A stretch of DNA of 34,200 nt, from the IMG/VR virus record IMGVR_UViG_3300020470_000096, positions 1 to 34,200 of that record, one strand, 5' to 3'. Shown piece after piece: positions 27,569 to 34,200 of the stretch. This DNA is from a virus. Taxonomy: Duplodnaviria > Caudoviricetes. Below the pieces are notes generated by a model. The model searched no databases. It was given only the letters and a program-made list of their open reading frames with translations, and was not told where the DNA came from. Position numbers and translations under genes: made by a program. Position 1 is the first letter of the stretch. The number at the start of each line of letters is the position of its first letter.

Positions 27569-28022
27569 AAGTTTAACAAGAGTAATACCAAGACAAGAAG
27601 GTGTTGCGTATGACAAAGGTCATAAGATGATCAAGAAGTCGATAATAAATATGTACCAACAATATGATGGTTATCCATCTTATGTAGGTGTTAAATTAGC
27701 TGAGTTTGTAAAACCAATTAAAATAATAAATGGTATTTCAGGTTCAGTTAAAATAGGTGAATATGCTAATGGTCCGGGTTGTTTAGCAGCTCAGATAGTG
27801 CAGGAATTTAAAAAAGATGTAGGATATACTTATCTACATGAGTGTAATGGTGAAATTGGAGATCACTGGGAAGAATATATTTATACTCTTTATCCTAAAG
27901 AAGGTGAACCAACTTACATATCTATTTATGATGTATATAATAAATACGTTATGTTTGTAGGCACACCTGATGAATTACTTAAAAAGTATGAAATAAAGGA
28001 TCACAAACTAAATACGGTTTAA
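27558..28022 (+). CDS. Conserved phage protein (MGTRS...YDGYP type), function unknown
   Basis: MGTRSL and MYQQYDGYPS motifs; C-terminal EEYIY. Confidence 0.7.
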   Translation: MGTRSLTRVIPRQEGVAYDKGHKMIKKSIINMYQQYDGYPSYVGVKLAEFVKPIKIINGISGSVKIGEYANGPGCLAAQIVQEFKKDVGYTYLHECNGEIGDHWEEYIYTLYPKEGEPTYISIYDVYNKYVMFVGTPDELLKKYEIKDHKLNTV

Positions 28023-28032
28023 AATAGATAAT
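28002..28032 (+). promoter_or_regulatory. Phage promoter-like motif, copy 6
   Basis: CACAAAC TAAATACG N9 AGATAAT. Confidence 0.75.
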
Positions 28033-28040
28033 ATATATAT

Positions 28041-28286
28041 ATGAATGAAAGAGAATTAGATAGATTAGCTGAAAAAATAGCTAATAAAGTATTAAAAGCT
28101 TTTACAGAGTATTATGATAATCATGAGACTTTGGAAGTATATCGACCCACTGAGAAAGAAATGTTAGAAGTAGAAATAACACGACTTAAGGGTCTTTTGT
28201 CGCAATATGAACAACGTGAAGAGTATGAAAAAGCGGCAATTATTAAAAGAAAAATAGAAATAATTAATAAAAAATACAAAAAATGA
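28041..28286 (+). CDS. Small protein with C-terminal UVR-like coiled coil
   Basis: LLSQYEQREEYEKAAIIKRKI matches the UvrB/UvrC (UVR) EdYExAA motif. Confidence 0.6.
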   Translation: MNERELDRLAEKIANKVLKAFTEYYDNHETLEVYRPTEKEMLEVEITRLKGLLSQYEQREEYEKAAIIKRKIEIINKKYKK

Positions 28287-29116
28287 GTGATTTTAAAGTA
28301 ATGCTAGCACATCCAGTTGGTAAAAAAGAATTTGATAGAGATTCTTTTATACAACCAAAACTTGATGGAGTTAGATGCTATATAACAAAAGACGGTGCTT
28401 TTAGCCGCAATCATAAAGAGTTTAAAACTGTAAATCATATAAGAAGAGCATTTAAACCTTTATTTAGAAACCACCCAAACTTAGTGGTGGATGGTGAATT
28501 ATATAATCATCGATTTAAAGACAATTTCAATAAAATTATATCCCTTGTGAGAAAACAAAAGCCTAATGCATCAGACATTAAAGAGGCTACTAAATATATA
28601 CAATTTCATTGGTATGATTATTATTCTGATATCCATAATTATCCTTTTAGAATAAGAAATGAAAATATTAAAAGTAAAATTAAAGATTTAGGTTCTAAAC
28701 ATATCGTTGATGTACCAACACATGAAGTATCTATTATAGAAAGTGCTAAATTATGGCACGAGGATTTTCTAAAACAAGGATATGAAGGTAGTATAGTAAG
28801 ACTTAATAAACCTTATGAACAAAAAAGAAGTTATAATTTACAAAAATTTAAGGATTTTCAAGATTCTGAAGCAACAATTACAGGATGGGTTGAAGGCCAA
28901 GGAAAGAGAACTGGTACAATAGGAAAATTCTTAGCTATTGATAGCAATGGAATTAAATTTGGTTTACCAGTTATGGATGATTATAAAGTAATGGAAAAAA
29001 TGTATGATATAGCAGACTGGTATATTGGTAAAACTGCAACCTTTACATATTTCCAAAGAACTCCCTCTGGATCATATAGACATCCTCTATTTAAATGTAT
29101 CAGAAACTATGAATAG
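28283..29116 (+). CDS. lig: ATP-dependent DNA ligase
   Basis: Motif I QPKLDGVR, III VDGELY, IV YEGSIVR, V LQKFK, C-terminal OB fold with YRHP. Confidence 0.93.
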   Translation: MSDFKVMLAHPVGKKEFDRDSFIQPKLDGVRCYITKDGAFSRNHKEFKTVNHIRRAFKPLFRNHPNLVVDGELYNHRFKDNFNKIISLVRKQKPNASDIKEATKYIQFHWYDYYSDIHNYPFRIRNENIKSKIKDLGSKHIVDVPTHEVSIIESAKLWHEDFLKQGYEGSIVRLNKPYEQKRSYNLQKFKDFQDSEATITGWVEGQGKRTGTIGKFLAIDSNGIKFGLPVMDDYKVMEKMYDIADWYIGKTATFTYFQRTPSGSYRHPLFKCIRNYE

Positions 29117-29375
29117 TTTATCAGATTTAATAATTCCATCCTTTATGGCTCTTATTATGATGTTAAGTGGTTATATGGTAGCTTTAGTAGGAGACTGGAT
29201 AAAAAAAGTAATCATTATACCTGTTATATGTATGTTACTGTTTGATGGATTGATAGTATATATGTTTTATGCTATTGGAACAACAAAACTACAAATGATG
29301 ATGGGTATAATGCTTGGAACTATATTAAAAATTATTATATTTATATTATATCAAAAATATTTAAGTGATGAGTAG
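29109..29375 (+). CDS. Small multi-pass membrane protein
   Basis: Three hydrophobic segments; start reassigned to MNSLSD at 29109, overlapping the ligase stop. Confidence 0.55.
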   Translation: MNSLSDLIIPSFMALIMMLSGYMVALVGDWIKKVIIIPVICMLLFDGLIVYMFYAIGTTKLQMMMGIMLGTILKIIIFILYQKYLSDE

Positions 29376-29493
29376 AATTAAATTATATAAACACATGATT
29401 AAAGTTAATGCATTCGGTATTAACGCTAAACGTAAAACTAAAAAAGATGTTCGGAATAAAAAATATGCCAAAAGCAAGAAAAAAATCTCATAA
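29368..29493 (+). CDS. Tiny Lys-rich ORF (41 aa)
   Basis: MSRIKLYKHMIKVNAFGINAKRKTKKDVRNKKYAKSKKKIS. Confidence 0.4.
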   Translation: MSRIKLYKHMIKVNAFGINAKRKTKKDVRNKKYAKSKKKIS

Positions 29494-29668
29494 AGATTAT
29501 CTATGGGATTCTATCTACGATTTAAGAAGAGACATTACAAATTATGTTTTAACATGCAGAGCGAAAGATAAGAAGATTAACGTAAAAAAATTAAATCATA
29601 AAGCTGAATTAATAATTAAATATTCAGATAAATTAAGAAAATTTGAAACTCAGCCCACGCTGAGATAA
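29408..29668 (+). CDS. Basic hypothetical protein (start uncertain)
   Basis: ORF track; likely starts at MFGIK or MPKAR. Confidence 0.55.
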   Translation: MHSVLTLNVKLKKMFGIKNMPKARKKSHKDYLWDSIYDLRRDITNYVLTCRAKDKKINVKKLNHKAELIIKYSDKLRKFETQPTLR

Positions 29669-29712
29669 TGACAATAGGTAATAATATATAATAGAATAAC
29701 AGGCTAATGTCA
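29669..29712. promoter_or_regulatory. TGACA-N34-TGTCA inverted site 3, overlapping the start of the HTH gene
   Basis: TGACAATAGGTA...GCTAATGTCAC; the ATG at 29707 lies within the right arm. Confidence 0.6.
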
Positions 29713-30321
29713 CAAAGACGGATCGATTATTTAAATCGAAATAGAATTATATACAATAGAGATCCAGTAAATGATATACCAACACAGGTTTATCATTGGG
29801 GAAAGTATTATCAATATGGGACTTTCGAGTGCTATGAATTATTTAAAAGTAAAGCTAAAATAAGTAGTTTTAAATCATTAAAATGGCATTTGTTAGTCCT
29901 AAGATACTTAAATCCTGACTTGGAAGATCATAAATTTAAAGATATAGCATATTTTATAACTAATAAAAAAAATAATTTTATTACATTTAATATTAAGGAA
30001 AAATATTTAATAGACATGCTTAATAAATTAGATGATGAATTAGATAAACCTCCAGTTAATAGAAAAAGAAAAATAATATTTAATCAACAAACAGGTTTAA
30101 CTACTGAAGAAAAGCTTAAAATAGTAGGACAATTAGTAGGAAGAAATAAAAGTATTTATGAAGATGATATTTATCAATGCATGTTAGATATAAATGACCT
30201 TGGTAAAAAAATTACAATAAAGAAAATAGCTAATTCTTTAAATTGTTCTACAAGAACAGTTTACAGAACAATGGGAAATCAATTAAAACAAGAAAAAGAT
30301 CAATTAAATAAAATGATATGA
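29707..30321 (+). CDS. DNA-binding protein with C-terminal helix-turn-helix
   Basis: ITIKKIANSLNCSTRTVYRTM HTH signature. Confidence 0.75.
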   Translation: MSQRRIDYLNRNRIIYNRDPVNDIPTQVYHWGKYYQYGTFECYELFKSKAKISSFKSLKWHLLVLRYLNPDLEDHKFKDIAYFITNKKNNFITFNIKEKYLIDMLNKLDDELDKPPVNRKRKIIFNQQTGLTTEEKLKIVGQLVGRNKSIYEDDIYQCMLDINDLGKKITIKKIANSLNCSTRTVYRTMGNQLKQEKDQLNKMI

Positions 30322-31070
30322 AAAAATATAATATACCGAATTATATTAAGTATAAAGAGGATTTAAAAACCTCTCAACCAGTTAAAAAAGATTTATTAGA
30401 TTATGATCGTAATGAATTAATAGTTAAATTTCTACCATTAGTAGAAAATATAGCTAGAAAATTCTCTACTTCTCAACAAGCTGCTGGAGTGATGAGTATT
30501 TTAGATTTTATACAAGAAGGATCTGCTGGATTAACTAAAGCTGTAGATAAATTAGATTATACAATGCTAAAGGATTCTAAAGACAAGGAGAAAACTTTAA
30601 AATCTTTCTTTTTTAAAAGAATTAAAGGAGCTATAAGACGAGCAATAGATAAAAATAGAGGTGATATACGTATACCTGAGCATAAAATGAACGAAATACG
30701 TAAAAATCCTAAGGATAAGAAAATGGTAGAAATGTTTTTTAATTCTATCTTTTTGAGTATTGATGCTAAATTACAAACTCAAGATGAAGAATTATTATAT
30801 CAAATACCAGATGATTCTGAGCCTTATAATATTGGATTATTAAATACTTACTTAAAAGGTTTAATGAGAAAATATTTAACTGAAAGTGAATACGAAGTAT
30901 TAAGATTATCTTATGGACTTGATTGTGATAAACATTCTGCAAAGGAAATTGCCCCTAAAATAGGGATCAAAGGACCTAGTAGTTATGTACGTATTTCAGA
31001 ACTAAAAAAACAAGCTGTAAATAAATTAATAGACAATGTAGATCACTCGCAAGTGATTGATTATCTGTAA
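30318..31070 (+). CDS. Phage sigma-70 family RNA polymerase sigma factor
   Basis: Region 2 LPLVENIARKF..LDFIQEG..GLTKAVDK..IRRAI, IRIPEH; region 4 LTESEYEVLRLSYGL..SAKEIA. Confidence 0.9.
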   Translation: MKKYNIPNYIKYKEDLKTSQPVKKDLLDYDRNELIVKFLPLVENIARKFSTSQQAAGVMSILDFIQEGSAGLTKAVDKLDYTMLKDSKDKEKTLKSFFFKRIKGAIRRAIDKNRGDIRIPEHKMNEIRKNPKDKKMVEMFFNSIFLSIDAKLQTQDEELLYQIPDDSEPYNIGLLNTYLKGLMRKYLTESEYEVLRLSYGLDCDKHSAKEIAPKIGIKGPSSYVRISELKKQAVNKLIDNVDHSQVIDYL

Positions 31071-31132
31071 CTTACAGGTAGTAAATCTTCAAATTTATAT
31101 GTAATTATATTAATAGACAAACCCAAATACCT

Positions 31133-31648
31133 ATGAATATCAACGATAAGTTAGCAACTATTCAGACTAAATTTAAATCGAAAAAAAGTAGATTTAATTC
31201 ATTCGGCAAATATTACTTCCGATCCGCCGAAGACATTCTCGAAGCAACAAAACCCTTTTTATTAGAATTAGGAGTTACAGTGGTATTAAATGAAAATTTA
31301 ATAGCTAGTGAACCTATGCCTATACTTGAGAGTATGGCAACTATTTCTGATGGAGAAAATTCTATTCAAGCAACAGCTTTAGTAGGAGTAGATCTTATGC
31401 AGAAAGGTATGCAAACACCTCAACAATTTGGGTCAGCATCGAGTTATGGGAAGAAATATGCTTTAGGTAATTTATTTTTAATTGATGACACACAAGATAG
31501 TGATGCTGTAAATGATCATAAAACCACTATGAGTTCAGATCAAGTAGAAAAAGCTAAACAGTTTATTAAGTCAGGAGGAAAAATAGATGCAATTAAAGCT
31601 AAATACTCTTTAACTAAAGAAGTTGAAAAGGAATTAACAACACTCTAA
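31133..31648 (+). CDS. ERF-family single-strand annealing protein
   Basis: NSFGKYYFRSAEDIL and QQFGSASSYGKKYALGNLFLIDDTQDSD (ERF motif). Confidence 0.88.
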   Translation: MNINDKLATIQTKFKSKKSRFNSFGKYYFRSAEDILEATKPFLLELGVTVVLNENLIASEPMPILESMATISDGENSIQATALVGVDLMQKGMQTPQQFGSASSYGKKYALGNLFLIDDTQDSDAVNDHKTTMSSDQVEKAKQFIKSGGKIDAIKAKYSLTKEVEKELTTL

Positions 31649-32380
31649 ATGACGAAAAAAGAGATTTTAAAAAAGTTAGAAAATGATGAAGATTATTATG
31701 GAGCATTTGGTAAACAATATCTTAGTAATTCTGATATTTCTACTTTATTAAAAAACCCTTTAGCGTTACATACACCTAGTAAACAGACACCTGCGTTTTT
31801 GATTGGCGGCTATTTTCATACCGCCATTCTTGAACCAGATAAGCTTAAGAAGTTTAAAATTATAAAGTCTAATACAAGGAATACAAAAGCGTATAAGGAG
31901 ATATCAGATGGAGAATTATGTTTATTACAACAAGAAGTAGATCAAATAGAACTTATGGTTGATACTGTTTTAGCTAATAATGTTTGTAAAGATCTAATTC
32001 GAGGTAAAAAAGTAGAATATGAAATTCCAGGCATTTCCGAAATAGAAGGTGAACTATGGAAAGGTAAAGCTGATATAATAAATCATGATGAAAGAGTTAT
32101 TGTAGATTTAAAAACCACCTCAGATATAGATAATTTTAGATATAGTGCTTCGCGTTATAATTATGATAGCCAAGCTTTTATTTATAGTAAATTATTTGGA
32201 TATGAGATGATATTTATAACTATAGATAAAACAACTCATCAAATAAAAATTTGTGAATGCTCAGATGCTTTCTATGATAAGGGTCGTGAGAAAGTAAAAG
32301 AAGCTGTAGCTCAATACAAATTATTTTTTAAATCACCAGAATTCGATCCTAAACAATTTTTTAAAACTGAAATTTTATAA
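31649..32380 (+). CDS. PD-(D/E)XK exonuclease, RecE/DUF3799-like
   Basis: LSNSDI, GGYFHTAILEP, KGKADII, IVDLKTT, YDSQAFIY. Confidence 0.85.
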   Translation: MTKKEILKKLENDEDYYGAFGKQYLSNSDISTLLKNPLALHTPSKQTPAFLIGGYFHTAILEPDKLKKFKIIKSNTRNTKAYKEISDGELCLLQQEVDQIELMVDTVLANNVCKDLIRGKKVEYEIPGISEIEGELWKGKADIINHDERVIVDLKTTSDIDNFRYSASRYNYDSQAFIYSKLFGYEMIFITIDKTTHQIKICECSDAFYDKGREKVKEAVAQYKLFFKSPEFDPKQFFKTEIL

Positions 32381-32381
32381 T

Positions 32382-32591
32382 ATGGCAAGAATAAATAGAC
32401 GTACAAAAACTTGTACAATGACAGGATTACGATTTCCTGTATCACAATTTTATAGAAATGCAAATACAGTGGATGGATATCATCCTTATTCTAAAGTAGC
32501 AGATAACTTTAGACGTAGATTAAAAGATACTAACGTAACTACTATGGATTTACGTGAACTCTTTACTAACTTAAATACAACAGTAGCATAA
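32382..32591 (+). CDS. Small basic hypothetical protein
   Basis: 69 aa; KTCTMTG..PVSQFY..DGYHPYSK, a degenerate Zn-ribbon-like pattern. Confidence 0.6.
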   Translation: MARINRRTKTCTMTGLRFPVSQFYRNANTVDGYHPYSKVADNFRRRLKDTNVTTMDLRELFTNLNTTVA

Positions 32592-32902
32592 TGGCATCAA
32601 TATTAAAAACAAGTATTAATTTAAATAATATCCCTAAGGATAAAATCATTGTAGGAGCTAAAGGTAAGTATTTACCTATTAGTATAACTTTAAATGATGA
32701 AGTAGATCAGTTTGGAAATAATGGTCCTGTAATTGTAGAACAAACTAAAGAAGAAAGAGAAGCTAAAGTAGGTAAAGTATATCTTGGTAATGCTAGAGTC
32801 GTTTGGACCAATGGTCAAAATGTAGAAGCGGCCCCAAGAATGGATCAACCTAAAGCAATGCCTAAAGCAGAACCAGCAGAAGAACCTGATTTACCATTTT
32901 AA
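32591..32902 (+). CDS. Putative single-stranded DNA-binding protein
   Basis: Beta-rich core with acidic tail ending DLPF, located beside recombination genes. Confidence 0.65.
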   Translation: MASILKTSINLNNIPKDKIIVGAKGKYLPISITLNDEVDQFGNNGPVIVEQTKEEREAKVGKVYLGNARVVWTNGQNVEAAPRMDQPKAMPKAEPAEEPDLPF

Positions 32903-32933
32903 TATATACTAAATACGAAAATTCGCAGATAAT
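32903..32933 (+). promoter_or_regulatory. Phage promoter-like motif, copy 7
   Basis: TATATAC TAAATACG N9 AGATAAT, upstream of the primase-helicase. Confidence 0.7.
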
Positions 32934-32939
32934 AAATAT

Positions 32940-34200
32940 ATGCAGACAACAGAGATCAATGGATTCTTGATTGATAATTTCAATCAATATAGTTTAGAAG
33001 AAGGAAAAACACAAGGGACTTGTCCTTTGTGTTCCTCTTCTAGACAACCTAAAAATCAAAAGCTTAAATGTGCTTCATATGATTGGGAACGGGGTCTCGG
33101 TACTTGTCACAACTGTAACACTACTTTTCAATTACATACTTATCAGAGAAAAGGTAATAGTATTAAGGAGTATATAAAACCTGACTATTCAACTAAAACT
33201 CACAAATCAGTAGGTTCAAAAGTAATAAAATGGTTTGAGACAAGAGGTATATCTAAAAAAACTCTTGAAGATTTAAATATATCTGAAGGGCCTGAGTTTA
33301 TGCCACAAACCGGTAAATCCGAGAATACAATAAAGTTCAATTACATTATGGGTGATACTTTGATTAATATTAAGTATCGAGATGGTAAGAAGAACTTTAA
33401 ATTATATAAGGGTGCTGAAAAAATATTTTATAACATTAATAGTATTATAGGTTATGATACTTGTATAATTGTTGAAGGTGAAATGGATGCATTAAGTTTT
33501 CATGAAGCTGGATTACCTAATGTTATATCAGTACCAAATGGTGCAACTCTTAATTCAAATAATTTAGACTATTTAGATAATTGTATAGATTATTTTGAAG
33601 ATAAAGAAAAAATAATCTTAGCAGTCGATAATGATGAACCTGGCCAAGCCTTACAACAAGAATTAATAAGACGTCTTGGAGCCGAAGTTTGTTTTACTGT
33701 AGATTTTGAAGATTGTAAAGATGCAAACGAATACTTATTAAAACATGGAAAAGAAAACCTTATCCAGCAAATTACAAAAGCAAAACCCGTCCCTCTGGAA
33801 AATGTTACGACGTTTAAAGATATTGAAGGAGAGGTTACAGACTTTGTTAAACATGGTTTCAAACCAGGTTACCAAGTGGGTTTGGCGAATTTTGATCGTA
33901 TCTTTAGCACCTATACTGGTCAGTTTATTACTGTTACTGGTATACCATCTAGTGGTAAATCTGATTTTGTTGATCAAATGGTTATTGGATATAATTTAAA
34001 CTATAAATGGAAAACAGCTTTTGCATCACCTGAGAATCAGCCTACATATCTTCATGCTCATAAATTGATGAGAAAAGTATGGCAGGGAATGCCTACACCT
34101 GGAGATATTAATAGTAAAAAATGGAATGAAGTAGCAGAGCACGTAAATGATAATTTCTTTTTTATAGATATGGAAAGATATACTCTTGAATCTATATTAA
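32940..34200 (+). CDS. Twinkle/T7 gp4-like primase-helicase (runs off window end)
   Basis: Manual translation from ATG 32940: CPLC...CHNC zinc domain, TOPRIM IVEGEMDALS and AVDNDEPG, Walker A TGIPSSGKS. Confidence 0.92.
   Translation, partial: MQTTEINGFLIDNFNQYSLEEGKTQGTCPLCSSSRQPKNQKLKCASYDWERGLGTCHNCNTTFQLHTYQRKGNSIKEYIKPDYSTKTHKSVGSKVIKWFETRGISKKTLEDLNISEGPEFMPQTGKSENTIKFNYIMGDTLINIKYRDGKKNFKLYKGAEKIFYNINSIIGYDTCIIVEGEMDALSFHEAGLPNVISVPNGATLNSNNLDYLDNCIDYFEDKEKIILAVDNDEPGQALQQELIRRLGAEVCFTVDFEDCKDANEYLLKHGKENLIQQITKAKPVPLENVTTFKDIEGEVTDFVKHGFKPGYQVGLANFDRIFSTYTGQFITVTGIPSSGKSDFVDQMVIGYNLNYKWKTAFASPENQPTYLHAHKLMRKVWQGMPTPGDINSKKWNEVAEHVNDNFFFIDMERYTLESIL

Overview
AT-rich dsDNA tailed-phage (Caudoviricetes) fragment, most likely infecting a Bacteroidota/Flavobacteriaceae host. 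The host is inferred from A-rich leaders lacking Shine-Dalgarno sequences and from gene content. Positions 1-23371 form a minus-strand late arm: partial terminase large subunit, a tandem GroES-like protein, holin, small basic/HEXXH proteins, a groEL-groES pair and six large paralogous fibre/adhesin proteins. A non-coding switch region at about 23372-23950 is followed by a plus-strand early/replication arm: many tiny ORFs, tRNA-fMet, ATP-dependent ligase, HTH protein, sigma-70-family factor, ERF recombinase, RecE-like nuclease, SSB-like protein and a partial primase-helicase. The most unusual signals are non-coding: (i) a 41-nt tRNA minihelix (acceptor stem plus T arm, no D or anticodon arm) behind a phage promoter-like motif; (ii) a ~215-nt structured RNA with a 17-nt direct repeat and an RNase P P4-like bulged helix, abutting the tRNA; (iii) three TGACA-N34-TGTCA sites, one covering the HTH gene start; (iv) seven copies of a TAAATACG-N9-AGATAAT promoter-like motif. 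All calls were made by eye from the sequence; no database searches were run.
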